A stretch of DNA of 64,000 nucleotides from positions 1,216,001 through 1,280,000 of the forward strand of contig CAWFGO010000001.1 of the NCBI GenBank assembly GCA_963815455.1, in the 5' to 3' direction. Source of the DNA: an uncultured Verrucomicrobiae bacterium. Lineage in GTDB: Bacteria; Verrucomicrobiota; Verrucomicrobiia; Chthoniobacterales; UBA10450. Numbering within the stretch: position 1 is the first letter of the stretch; each line of letters opens with the position of its first letter. Below the pieces are notes generated by a model. The model was not told where the DNA came from and did not search any database. It saw only the letters and a list, made by a program, of their open reading frames with translations. The position numbers were made by a program, and so were the translations under genes. Of this stretch, positions 30,007 through 39,589 are shown piece after piece.

Positions 30007-31468
30007 GCGATATTTGCGCGCTCTCGTGAAAGCGGGCGGCGACCTCCGCCGGTGCGTGATACTTGTGGCAGGTAATGCACTCGGCGACGACTCGGCCTTG
30101 CGGGCTGTGACAATTGACGCAGTTCGCTTTCACCGGCATGAGAATGTCGGACGTGTCCCGGCTTTGCCCGGCGTGATGGCAATAATTGCAATCGAGCGGT
30201 TTTTGCGTGGCCGGCTCGGTCCGGTGTTTGGAATGATCGAACCTTGCCTGCGGCATCCAGCGATCGACCAGGGTCGGTTTGGTCACGAGCGGAGTTGCAT
30301 TCGACACCGGTTTCACTTCGTGGCAAAACGCACAACCGTAGAATGCCGCGCGTGACCGCGGCGCGTTCCCGAGCTGCGGTTTGTAAGGATCGTTCGTAAA
30401 GAAAACCTGGCGCTCGAGTTCTTCGCCGGAACGAACCCGCCCGCGCAACTGCGCCATTTGTTTGGCCGCGAAATCCTGAATCTCGCGCGTGGCCGTCATG
30501 CCTTTCTTCACGGCAAGTTCGGCATATTGGGTCGGCAAAGTTCGCAAAAACGCCCGTACGCCGCTGGCGTTCCCATGGGGAAGGGTCAGCTCCGGATTTT
30601 TCGGATCGAACTGAAGCGAGTGACAAGGCTGGCAATTCGCGGCGAAACTGATTCGCTGCATGTATCGGCCATCGGCATCCGGTCTATGGCAGTAATTGCA
30701 ATCGAGTTTCTGGCCATTCACCAGCGGGATGTCGTTTGCAAAATGGCGCTGATGATTAAATCGAAGCACATCCGGGTCGCGGATTTTCGCCGGACTCTTA
30801 GTTTTTTCGACATTGAGTTGAAATTCCGGATGCGCGCCCCAGAAAGAATCAAAGGTTTGGGTGTAACCTCGACTCGGTCGCGGGAGTTGAAAGACGACCC
30901 TCTGCGCCGGGTGCGGATGTCGATCGAAATTCGCCAGGTCCATTCGCATCCCCTTTTGCGCGGCGGCAGCCATGGTCGCGGAATTGTTGTGACACGACGC
31001 GCACTGCGCGCTGGCCACGGCGTCCATCGGTCCCGGGCCTTTGTGTTCCTGATGACATGCTGAGCACGAGCGATTTTCGATCACGACGGGTTCGTGAAAA
31101 GCGTGCAGTTGATGGCATTTCTCGCATTTTCGATCGATCGAATTGAATGGAACGCCTGCGTGAAAACGTTCGCTCGCGACCTGTTTCATCCTATCCGGCG
31201 TGACCGGTCCGCCGGCAGTGAGCGTTTTATCGTGGCAACTTGCGCACTTGTCGCCGAAGGCGGCGTGCTCGGCCGAAATTTGGCCCACGCTAAAGAACGT
31301 CTCCCGGCCGCGCTTTTGATAAAGCACGATGCCGGCGATTCCGGCAACGATTACGATCAGGCTGGCCGCCATCCGGATGCGGCGCCAGACGTGGAGTCGA
31401 TTGTAATAACCGAGGTTTCCCCCGTAGCGCTGGGAGATTTGTTTTTGGGTTCGGCGCGGCGCGGCCAT
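29978..31468 (-). CDS. Membrane-anchored decaheme c-type cytochrome
   Basis: Ten CxxCH motifs counted (CASCH, CEKCH, CSACH, CASCH, CNYCH, CQPCH, CAFCH, CNYCH, CVNCH, CITCH); N-terminal TM segment. Confidence 0.88.
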   Translation of the reverse strand: MAAPRRTQKQISQRYGGNLGYYNRLHVWRRIRMAASLIVIVAGIAGIVLYQKRGRETFFSVGQISAEHAAFGDKCASCHDKTLTAGGPVTPDRMKQVASERFHAGVPFNSIDRKCEKCHQLHAFHEPVVIENRSCSACHQEHKGPGPMDAVASAQCASCHNNSATMAAAAQKGMRMDLANFDRHPHPAQRVVFQLPRPSRGYTQTFDSFWGAHPEFQLNVEKTKSPAKIRDPDVLRFNHQRHFANDIPLVNGQKLDCNYCHRPDADGRYMQRISFAANCQPCHSLQFDPKNPELTLPHGNASGVRAFLRTLPTQYAELAVKKGMTATREIQDFAAKQMAQLRGRVRSGEELERQVFFTNDPYKPQLGNAPRSRAAFYGCAFCHEVKPVSNATPLVTKPTLVDRWMPQARFDHSKHRTEPATQKPLDCNYCHHAGQSRDTSDILMPVKANCVNCHSPQGRVVAECITCHKYHAPAEVAARFHESAQISLKEMLFGVR

Positions 31469-31481
31469 AATGGGCGCTTAA

Positions 31482-32522
31482 TCAATAATAGAAGAGCGTG
31501 ATGTAGGCGTGCCACGCCGTGAAGAGAATAAGGAAATAAGAAATCGGCACGTGCACGAAAAGCCAGGCGTGCAGCCAATGCTGCAATCGAAGTTGCAAAT
31601 CGAGAGTGCGCCGTTCGTCGCACCACGACTGAATTTCTTCGATGCGCCCACGGTAGAACTCCCCGACTCTCAGTTTCACTACGCGAAAGAGATCTTCGGA
31701 GTACCGATTGTTCCCGAGCCGTAACCGATCGCCACGCCGGGCGGACAGATATGGCAGTATTTCCGTGTCGAGAAATGCGACCAGGACTGCTTCCGAGTCC
31801 ATGTCGCGTTCGGGCGCCGCGGACGAAGCCGCCGCCGGCGCCTCTACGGTCGACTGCGCCGCCGCGCCGCGCTCGCCATTCGCGGCCACGAGATCGGTGG
31901 CGACTGTCGATTCTGTGGCGAATTCCTCGGACGGACCTGCCGCTGATGCGCCGGGGGCAGTCCTTGCCGGCAACGCAGACGCGAACGAATCGCGCATTTC
32001 TTGCGCGGCCGTAGCCAGCTGCGATCGAATGTACGGAATCTCCTCGTAAACGGGTTCGGCCTGGAGTCGCTCCTTCATAATTCGGGGCAGTTGATGTTGC
32101 AGGGCTAAACCGTAAATGCCACTCACCATCACAATCGCGTAGATCGCCCAGAGCCATATCGTCATCGCGCCCCCCATGCGAAATCCGCTGTGGAAAAGGA
32201 CCAGCGGAATCGTCAGCAACGTGAGCCAGATATGCGCTCGCATCCAGAGTTGCACCGTCCCGAACCGCCAAAGCACAATTCGTTTTCGCATCCCAAGCAG
32301 CCCGGCGAAAATAAAAATACCAAACGCGACGATGCCAAAAATCAGGCCGAGTGGCGTTCCTCCCACGCTGCGATGACCGAAAGGCGTCTGAATCAAAAAC
32401 GACGGCAGCCGAATTACCGCCGGCAAAGCGCCGAAATTTCCGATGTAGAGCCAGGCGGAAACGGCCGTCGCCACCAGGACAAAGAGGAACCATGGAACGT
32501 GCGCACGATTAAAGATGCGCAT
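31482..32522 (-). CDS. Multi-TM membrane protein with paired histidines (possible heme-b carrier)
   Basis: WMRAHIWL...VLFHSG and WLFVHVP...AWHAY; 13 nt upstream of the cytochrome gene. Confidence 0.7.
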   Translation of the reverse strand: MRIFNRAHVPWFLFVLVATAVSAWLYIGNFGALPAVIRLPSFLIQTPFGHRSVGGTPLGLIFGIVAFGIFIFAGLLGMRKRIVLWRFGTVQLWMRAHIWLTLLTIPLVLFHSGFRMGGAMTIWLWAIYAIVMVSGIYGLALQHQLPRIMKERLQAEPVYEEIPYIRSQLATAAQEMRDSFASALPARTAPGASAAGPSEEFATESTVATDLVAANGERGAAAQSTVEAPAAASSAAPERDMDSEAVLVAFLDTEILPYLSARRGDRLRLGNNRYSEDLFRVVKLRVGEFYRGRIEEIQSWCDERRTLDLQLRLQHWLHAWLFVHVPISYFLILFTAWHAYITLFYY

Positions 32523-32744
32523 AATTCACAGGTCGTTCCGCGCGAACCGCAGCAGAAATTCGATGAGCGGGTCGATGCTCAATGGCTCGCCGTTCGCTAG
32601 TTGGCCAACGATCTCATCCATAGGCGAATGCAAACAATGTATTCCCCGCGCTCCGGCCGTGGAAGCAATTTCGCCGCCGCTATCCCAAGGCAAGAACCCT
32701 GCGCTTGACCGGGCCCCAAATTTTTCAGACAACGACCTCGCCAG

Positions 32745-33389
32745 ATGGTGCAAATCTACATTAAGCGGCACGGCCAGCGCGTGGGGCCATTCTCGCTAGC
32801 CGAGGTGAATCGACAGCTCGCCGCCGGTTCTCTCAATCCGTCGGAGCAAGCATGGTACGAAGGCGCGCCGGGTTGGAAGCCGGTGTTCAGTATCGCCGGA
32901 GTGATCCTGCCCGGCGCCGCTTCCGCTTCAGCCAGACCCATCGGCATCGCGACTCCCAACCCTCCCAAATCGCCGACCTACGCCGGATTTTGGATTCGGG
33001 CCGTTGCTCTCTTTCTCGACAGCATCATTCTGGCGATTCCGATTGGTGTTCTGTGGTTCGTATTCTGGCCGGACCCAAGCGATCCCGGGTCCGGCAACCT
33101 GTTTTTTGCCGCGAGCGCCGCGGCCGGACTCAAGATCTTTTATTTCGCCGGTCTATGGGCGTCACCGATGCAAGCCACGCTCGGACAGAAAATGTGCGGC
33201 CTTCGCGTGATCAGCGACAGAGACGATCCGCGCATTACCTTTTCGCGAGCAGTTGGCCGGCTGTTCGCGATGGCGCTGTCAACGGTCACGCTCGGCATCG
33301 GTTACATCATGGCCGCATTCACCGAACGGAAACGCGCTTTGCACGATATGATCGCGGGCACTTGCGTGGTGAAGATACTCCAAATGTAG
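32745..33389 (+). CDS. GYF_2 (DUF4339) + RDD family protein
   Basis: GPFSLAE...AWYEGAPGW; YAGFWIRAVALFLD, TLGQK and LHDMIAGT. Confidence 0.85.
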   Translation: MVQIYIKRHGQRVGPFSLAEVNRQLAAGSLNPSEQAWYEGAPGWKPVFSIAGVILPGAASASARPIGIATPNPPKSPTYAGFWIRAVALFLDSIILAIPIGVLWFVFWPDPSDPGSGNLFFAASAAAGLKIFYFAGLWASPMQATLGQKMCGLRVISDRDDPRITFSRAVGRLFAMALSTVTLGIGYIMAAFTERKRALHDMIAGTCVVKILQM

Positions 33390-33406
33390 ATCTCGGTGCT
33401 GTCGAG

Positions 33407-33811
33407 TTAAACTGCACTCGGCTTATAGATCGCGCCGATAATCGCGCCGGCGATAGCAAACTCCAGGACGTCGCCAATACCGCCTAGAACAAGAATCTTG
33501 GTGGTCAATGGTTCAACAGCAAAACGAATGAAGTGCAGCCCAACGCAAATAAGCCCGACGAGAATGCCGAGCTTGATTCCCGCTCCCACGCCGCCACCTG
33601 CGGCAAAGCGCGCGCAAATCCAGGTGAAAAAGAACGCCATTACGGCATGACCGAACAGCATCGACGGCCAGATCATGTCGTCGTGAGCGCGATAGTGACT
33701 CGCGATTTCCATGTAAGCCGACTTCATCAGGATGCCGTGCCAGACGAAGCCGAAGAAAAAGACGAAGATGAACGCTGCGATGAATGCGATAAAGAATTTC
33801 TTCCAGTTCAT
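33407..33811 (-). CDS. Four-TM membrane protein of unknown function
   Basis: 134 aa hydrophobic ORF. Confidence 0.7.
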   Translation of the reverse strand: MNWKKFFIAFIAAFIFVFFFGFVWHGILMKSAYMEIASHYRAHDDMIWPSMLFGHAVMAFFFTWICARFAAGGGVGAGIKLGILVGLICVGLHFIRFAVEPLTTKILVLGGIGDVLEFAIAGAIIGAIYKPSAV

Positions 33812-33924
33812 AATTGTTGTGATTGTTGTGATTGAGGTCTGCTATCCCAAATTCCCTGGCCCGTTAGTCGCAAATCGCAGATTGGTTGTCGATCTAAATT
33901 GTGGCTACTCTCCTGAGCAGCGGG

Positions 33925-34040
33925 GTCATCCCGAGTCGCGGAGACGACGAGGGACCCCACATAAGCCGGGAAAAACTTTCTTCCGCCGCGTGTACACCCA
34001 AACTTCGAGTGCGAGGTTCCTCGCTTCGCTCGGAATGACA
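33925..34040. repeat. Palindromic repeat family A
   Basis: GTCATCCCGAGTCGCGGAGACGACGAGGGACC...GGTTCCTCGCTTCGCTCGGAATGACA. Confidence 0.8.
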
Positions 34041-34058
34041 ACGATGGTAACGTCGGCC

Positions 34059-35795
34059 ATGCAAAGATCGTTTCGCTTGGTTCCGCTCTTCTTGTGGGCA
34101 TGCTGGTTGTCGAACGCTTCGGCACAAATCGATCGAATCACCGGAAAGAATTTTGCAACGCGCTCCGAAGTCTTGGCCCGGCATGGAATGGTTTGCACCA
34201 GTGTGCCCGCTGCAACTCAAGTCGGCATCGACATCCTCAAGCGCGGCGGCAGCGCGGTTGATGCGGCCATCGCGGCGAATGCGACGCTCGGGTTAATGGA
34301 GCCGGTCTCGAACGGAATCGGCGGCGATCTTTTCGCGATCGTTTACAGCGCCAAGGAAAACAAACTTTACGGAATTAATGGCAGCGGACGTTCCCCGCTC
34401 GGGTTGAGCTATGAACAAATGAAAACCGAGCTCGCGAAATTGAAACGCGAGACCATTCCGCCAACCGGCATGTTGCCCATCAGCGTGCCGGGAACAGTCG
34501 ATGCCTGGGCCGAGCTGCACAAAAAATTCGGCAAATTGAAATTCGCCGACGATCTGGCTCCGGCGATCAAATACGCTGAGGAAGGCTTCCCGGTTACGGA
34601 GCTGATTGCGTATTACTGGGGATTTGGTCCGCGCATCTATAAAGATTTGCCGGGTGGATTCTTTGAAACTTACACGCTCGACGGCAAAGGCCGGACGCCG
34701 GCCAAAGGCGACATTTTCAAAAATCCAGCGCTGGCAAAAACTCTGCGGCTAATCGGGGAGAAAGGGCGTGACGTTTTTTACAAAGGCGAAATCGCCGACA
34801 AGATCGACAAGTTCATGCGCGAGAACGGTGGCTATCTGCGCAAAGACGATTTCGAAAAGCACGCATCGACATGGGTCGAACCGGTTTCGACTAACTATCG
34901 CGGATACGATGTCTTCGAGCTGCCCCCGAACGGTCAGGGAATTGCAACGTTGCAAATACTGAACATTCTCGAAGGCTTCGACCTGCGCGCGATGGGCCGC
35001 AATTCACCGGAGACGCTGCACGCGATGATCGAAGCGAAGAAGATTGCGTGGGCCGATCGCGCGAAATTCTATGCCGATCCGGCCTTCGCCAAAATTCCGT
35101 TGAAAGGGTTGCTCTCGAAAGAATACGCGACGGAGCGGCGCAAGTTGATCGATCCGCAGCATGCGAACAAACTTGTCGATGCTGGAAATCCGGCGCTGGA
35201 TCAGGGCGACACGATCTACATGTGCGCCGCCGATGACGAAGGCAACATGGTCTCGCTCATTCAAAGCAATTACCGCGGCATGGGCAGCGGCATTGTTGTG
35301 CCGGGGCTCGGCTTCATGTTTCAAGACCGCGGCGAACTTTTTTCCATGGAGCCCGGTCACGCGAACGTCTACGCGCCGGGCAAACGCCCGTTTCACACCA
35401 TCATCCCCGGGTTCGTCATGAAAGATGGCAAACCGTGGGAAGCCTTCGGCGTCATGGGCGGCGGGATGCAGCCGCAGGGCCACGTCCAGGTGCTCACCAA
35501 TCAGATCGATTTCGATCTAAACGTGCAGGAAGCGGGCGACGCTTCGCGCTGGCAGCACGAAGGCGACAACGAACCGACCGGCGAAAAAATGACCGCCTCG
35601 GGTGGCTACGTCGAAGTCGAAAGCGGGATTCCCTACGAAACTGTGCGCGAACTGAAGAAGCGTGGCCACGATGTCCGATTCGATGTGGGCGGCTACGGCG
35701 GTTATCAAGCGATCAGAGTGGAAATGCACGACGGCCAGCGCGTTTACGTCGGAGCCAGCGAATCGCGCAAGGATGGCCAGGCAGCAGGTTATTGA
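34059..35795 (+). CDS. ggt: Gamma-glutamyltransferase (Ntn hydrolase)
   Basis: GGSAVDAAIA, GIGGDLF, SVPGTV, GDT autoprocessing site, PGKRPFHTI and GVMGG; signal peptide; upstream ORF extension is repeat-derived. Confidence 0.92.
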   Translation: MQRSFRLVPLFLWACWLSNASAQIDRITGKNFATRSEVLARHGMVCTSVPAATQVGIDILKRGGSAVDAAIAANATLGLMEPVSNGIGGDLFAIVYSAKENKLYGINGSGRSPLGLSYEQMKTELAKLKRETIPPTGMLPISVPGTVDAWAELHKKFGKLKFADDLAPAIKYAEEGFPVTELIAYYWGFGPRIYKDLPGGFFETYTLDGKGRTPAKGDIFKNPALAKTLRLIGEKGRDVFYKGEIADKIDKFMRENGGYLRKDDFEKHASTWVEPVSTNYRGYDVFELPPNGQGIATLQILNILEGFDLRAMGRNSPETLHAMIEAKKIAWADRAKFYADPAFAKIPLKGLLSKEYATERRKLIDPQHANKLVDAGNPALDQGDTIYMCAADDEGNMVSLIQSNYRGMGSGIVVPGLGFMFQDRGELFSMEPGHANVYAPGKRPFHTIIPGFVMKDGKPWEAFGVMGGGMQPQGHVQVLTNQIDFDLNVQEAGDASRWQHEGDNEPTGEKMTASGGYVEVESGIPYETVRELKKRGHDVRFDVGGYGGYQAIRVEMHDGQRVYVGASESRKDGQAAGY

Positions 35796-36195
35796 ATCCA
35801 AAAAGGCGTCGGATCCGGCAGCGATGCAACGGCCGGACGAAACTCAGGAGGCATATTCCGCGCGATTGCGGAAAGAACAGGCCGAACGCCTCGAAAAGGG
35901 CAGCATCCTCGGTAATTACGTCGTGATTGACCACGGCCAGAGCGAGTTCTCGCTTTATGCGCACTTCCAACCCGGCAGCGTGCGGGTCAAGAAGGGTGAC
36001 CAGGTCAAAGCGGGCGATGTGATTGGCAAACTCGGCTCATCCGGAAATTCAACCGAACCTCATCTTCACTTCCAGATAACTGATAGGCCCGATCTGGGGG
36101 GCGCGGGAATCCCGATGAACTTCAGCAACGTGACGATTCTCTGGGCCGATCTGCCGCGTCCGATTCAAAGCGGCGACATCGTCATAGCGAAATGA
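35796..36195 (+). pseudogene. C-terminal fragment of an M23 peptidase
   Basis: GNYVVIDHG, YAHF, GSSGNSTEPHLHF present; N-terminal part of the M23 domain absent. Confidence 0.65.
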
Positions 36196-36221
36196 TGTAA
36201 GACGACGGCGCGTCTTTGTCC

Positions 36222-36352
36222 GGGGAGCACAGGCTGCCAGCCTCTTGATTTCGGGAGCTTGCCGGAATTTCCATGCCGGATCACGCGGATGGGCGTTTAC
36301 AAATGTTGCCGGCAAGCTGCCGGCAACTACAGGCCAGCGGCCTGTGCTCCCC
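36222..36352. repeat. Palindromic repeat family B
   Basis: GGGGAGCACAGGCTGCCAGCCT...ACAGGCCAGCGGCCTGTGCTCCCC with inner AGCTTGCCGG/CCGGCAAGCT. Confidence 0.85.
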
Positions 36353-36394
36353 AAGCCACAATCCAGACTTGATCGGTGTGCTACGATTTCATCG

Positions 36395-36814
36395 ATGCCT
36401 AATCTTTTTTCGTCCGATAACACAACGTCGCTGCTCCAGGTTCTGGTGTCGGCGTTTCTGGCCATCCTGTTTTTGCAATCCGGGATCGACAAGATCGTGG
36501 ACCGCCGCGGCAACCTTGAATGGTTAAAAGGGCATTTCGCCAAAAGCCCGCTGGCCGGACTGGTGCCGCTGATGGTTTTCGTAATCACGATTCTTGAGAT
36601 CTCGGCCGGCGCCTTGAGCGCGGTCGGCTGCGCGCTGATAATTCTGTCGCGCGGCTCAACAATCGCATTCTACGGCGCAATAATTTCGGCGATATCGATC
36701 CTCGCTCTCTTTTTTGGCCAGCGAATGGCCAAGGAATACGCCGGCGCCGCGGTTTTGGTTCCGTATTTTCTCGTCACGCTCGCCGCGATTTATGTCCTCG
36801 CGCCCGCTGATTGA
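36395..36814 (+). CDS. DoxX-family membrane protein
   Basis: AILFLQSGIDKI...WLKGHF and FFGQRMAKEY patterns. Confidence 0.8.
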   Translation: MPNLFSSDNTTSLLQVLVSAFLAILFLQSGIDKIVDRRGNLEWLKGHFAKSPLAGLVPLMVFVITILEISAGALSAVGCALIILSRGSTIAFYGAIISAISILALFFGQRMAKEYAGAAVLVPYFLVTLAAIYVLAPAD

Positions 36815-36824
36815 ACCGCGCGAA

Positions 36825-37985
36825 TCACCCGTAACAATCGAGATATTTGATCCCGGAGCCGGTGTTGAAGATCACAACGCGCTCGCCGATGTCGATCTTG
36901 TTCGCAGTGCGAAGCTTTGTGAAAGCCGCGAAACAGGCGGCGCCCTCGGGGGCGACAAATAGTCCTTCGCTTTTCCCAACTTCGCGCCCAACGCGAATCA
37001 TTTCATCGTCGTCGATCGCGATGGCGCCACCATTCGATTCGCGAAGAATCTTCAGCATGAGAAAATCGCCAATCGCTTTGGGAACACGCAGGCCCGATGC
37101 GATGGTGTGAGCGTTTGGAAACTCGCCTGCGAATTTTTCGCCGGCTTCGAAAGCACGCACGATCGGCGCGCATCCCTTCGCCTGCACCGAAAACATCCGA
37201 GGGCGGGGACCCGTAAGCCAGCCCAGCATTTCCATTTCGTCGAAGGCTTTCCACATTCCGATGAGGCCGGTGCCGCCGCCGGTCGGATAAAGGATCACGT
37301 CGGGTAATTTCCAGTTCAATTGCTCGGCCAACTCGTAGCCCAGCGTTTTCTTTCCTTCCACGCGATATGGTTCCTTGAGCGTGGACATATCGAACCAGCC
37401 TTCCTTGTCTTTCCGCCGCGCGATTTCCGCACCGCAATCGGTGATCAGTCCGTCGATAAGATCGACATGCGCGCCCAGCTCGCGGCATTCGATGATGTTC
37501 GCGCGCGGCGTGTCCCGCGGCATGAAGATGTGCGCTTCGAGTCCGGCTCGGGCGGCGTAAGCGGCCAGCGCGCCGCCGGCATTGCCTGCGCTTGGCACAG
37601 CAAGCTTCGTTGCGCCAAGATATTTCGCCATTGAAACAGCTACACTCATCCCCCGCGCCTTGAAGCTCTGGGTCGGATTGAGCGATTCGTCCTTGATCCA
37701 AAGATCGACATCGTCAGCGAACTTTGCCGCCCGGAGCAGCGGCGTCCCGCCTTCGCCAAGCGAAACAGGATCGACATTCGCCGGCAACGGCAATACCTCG
37801 CGATAACGCCAGAGTGATTTCTCACGGATCGTTAGACTTGACCGCTTAAAGCGGTCAAGTTTTCCAATCGCAGCCAAGTCAATAATTGCGAACAACGGTT
37901 TGCCGCAGGTCGTGCAGAGATTTTGCAGCCGCGTCCAATCGTGGTGAAGACCGCATGCAGTGCATTCGAGATGGCTCAGGAACAT
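36825..37985 (-). CDS. thrC: Threonine synthase (PLP fold type II)
   Basis: [37 protein letters not shown] and NTGSG. Confidence 0.88.
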   Translation of the reverse strand: MFLSHLECTACGLHHDWTRLQNLCTTCGKPLFAIIDLAAIGKLDRFKRSSLTIREKSLWRYREVLPLPANVDPVSLGEGGTPLLRAAKFADDVDLWIKDESLNPTQSFKARGMSVAVSMAKYLGATKLAVPSAGNAGGALAAYAARAGLEAHIFMPRDTPRANIIECRELGAHVDLIDGLITDCGAEIARRKDKEGWFDMSTLKEPYRVEGKKTLGYELAEQLNWKLPDVILYPTGGGTGLIGMWKAFDEMEMLGWLTGPRPRMFSVQAKGCAPIVRAFEAGEKFAGEFPNAHTIASGLRVPKAIGDFLMLKILRESNGGAIAIDDDEMIRVGREVGKSEGLFVAPEGAACFAAFTKLRTANKIDIGERVVIFNTGSGIKYLDCYG

Positions 37986-38027
37986 CTAGAGATTTGAATG
38001 TACTTTTCACCTCGGCGCGAGCAATTC

Positions 38028-38158
38028 CGGGGAGCACAGGCTGCCAGCCTGTTGGTCTCGGCAGCTTGCCGAGACATCTCTGTCCGATCGAAAATTTGTT
38101 ACGCGAAATATCGCCGGCAAGCTGCCGGCGATTACAGGCTGGCAGCCTGTGCTCCCCG
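38028..38158. repeat. Palindromic repeat family B
   Basis: Perfect 25-bp terminal inverted repeat CGGGGAGCACAGGCTGCCAGCCTGT / ACAGGCTGGCAGCCTGTGCTCCCCG. Confidence 0.9.
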
Positions 38159-38210
38159 AAATCAAAAACCACGCTGTTTGTAATCCGCCCTTTGTGTTAA
38201 TCACAACACG

Positions 38211-39554
38211 ATGATTTCGATAACCGCCCGCCGCCCGTGGTACCGGCCGTCGCTCACGACCCAGATCATGATCGGCCTGGTCGTGGGCGGGCTGATCGGC
38301 TGGGTGCGACCCGACTGGGGTAACGCCGTCTTTTTTCTGCGCGATATTTTTCTCAACCTGATCAAGTCGATCATCGCTCCTCTGGTTTTCTCGACCATCG
38401 TGATCGGAATCGCCGGAGCCGGCGCGCTCAAGAAGGTGGGGCGCATGGGCGTGAAAGCGATTGTCTACTTCGAGACCGCTACGACCGCCGCGCTGGCCAT
38501 CGGGTTGGTCGTTGTCAATTTCATGAAGCCGGGCGTGGGCGTCACGCTCGTGGCCGGCAATACCGATATCGTTAAAGCAATCGGGCAAAGTCATCCCAAA
38601 ACGCTGATCGAAACGCTGGTGCACGCGTTTCCGTCCAGCGTGATTGAAGCGATGGTGCGCGGCGACGTGCTGCAAATCGTCGCGTTCAGTGTGCTCTTCG
38701 CCCTTGCGGTGTCAGCGATCGGCGAAAAAGGGAAACCGATCGTGCGCGCGATGGAGAGCCTGTCGCAGGTGATGTTCAAATTCACCAATTACGTCATGAT
38801 GTTCGCACCCATCGGAGTCGGCGCGGCCATGGCTCACACTGTCGGCACTCAGGGCTTGGGGGTTCTTTTCTATCTCGGCAAACTGATCCTTTCGCTTTAT
38901 CTCGCGTTGATCATCTTCATCGTCCTGGTCTTTGGGCTCGTCATTTTCATCGCCCGCGTCCCGTTGCGGCAATTTTTCCGCGCGGTGCGCGAGCCAGCCG
39001 CGCTCGCCTTCGCCACTACCAGCAGCGAATCGGCGCTCCCCAAGGCGATGGAACAAATGGAGCGGTTTGGCGTGCCGCGCCACATCGTCGGCTTCGTGAT
39101 GCCGACCGGTTATTCATTCAACCTCGACGGATCGACATTGTATCTGGCGATGGCCTCGGTGTTCGTCGCTCAAGCAGCCGAAACGACAATGGGCTGGCAC
39201 ATGGGGATCGGTCAGCAGATCACCATGATGCTGACGTTGATGCTCACTTCCAAAGGCGTGGCCGCGGTTCCGCGCGCGTCCCTGGTGATCTTGCTCGCAA
39301 CCTTGAACACGTTCCTTCCCGCCGGACTCGGCCCGATTGGCGTCGCGGTAATATTCGGCGTGGATGAACTAATGGACATGGGGCGCACGTGCGTGAACCT
39401 GGTTGGTAATTGTCTGGCCACCGTTGTCGTCGCCCGCTGGGAAGGCGAATTTGACGACGACCGTGCCCGTGTCTTCGGCACGCGCAAGGAAGTCGAACTC
39501 GATTTGAAATCCGGTGATGTCGCGTTCGCCGACGCGATGCGGCAGGGGGACTGA
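38211..39554 (+). CDS. Dicarboxylate/amino acid:cation symporter (GltP/DctA family)
   Basis: FATTSSESALP, GYSFNLDG, SKGVAAVP and DMGRTCVN motifs. Confidence 0.92.
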   Translation: MISITARRPWYRPSLTTQIMIGLVVGGLIGWVRPDWGNAVFFLRDIFLNLIKSIIAPLVFSTIVIGIAGAGALKKVGRMGVKAIVYFETATTAALAIGLVVVNFMKPGVGVTLVAGNTDIVKAIGQSHPKTLIETLVHAFPSSVIEAMVRGDVLQIVAFSVLFALAVSAIGEKGKPIVRAMESLSQVMFKFTNYVMMFAPIGVGAAMAHTVGTQGLGVLFYLGKLILSLYLALIIFIVLVFGLVIFIARVPLRQFFRAVREPAALAFATTSSESALPKAMEQMERFGVPRHIVGFVMPTGYSFNLDGSTLYLAMASVFVAQAAETTMGWHMGIGQQITMMLTLMLTSKGVAAVPRASLVILLATLNTFLPAGLGPIGVAVIFGVDELMDMGRTCVNLVGNCLATVVVARWEGEFDDDRARVFGTRKEVELDLKSGDVAFADAMRQGD

Positions 39555-39567
39555 TTAGTCGAATAAA

Positions 39568-39589
39568 TTTCGCCTACTTCTAGTTAGAC
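39568..39589 (+). other. Second attI-like site
   Basis: TTTCGCCTACTTCTAG/TTAGAC aligns without gaps to ATTCATCTAATTATAG/TTAGGT at 17401. Confidence 0.55.

Noticed and set aside
33732..34058. Long N-terminal extensions of ggt (also doxX at 36245 and the kinase at 50719)
   Set aside because: They run through palindromic repeats or the opposite gene; downstream starts give normal proteins.
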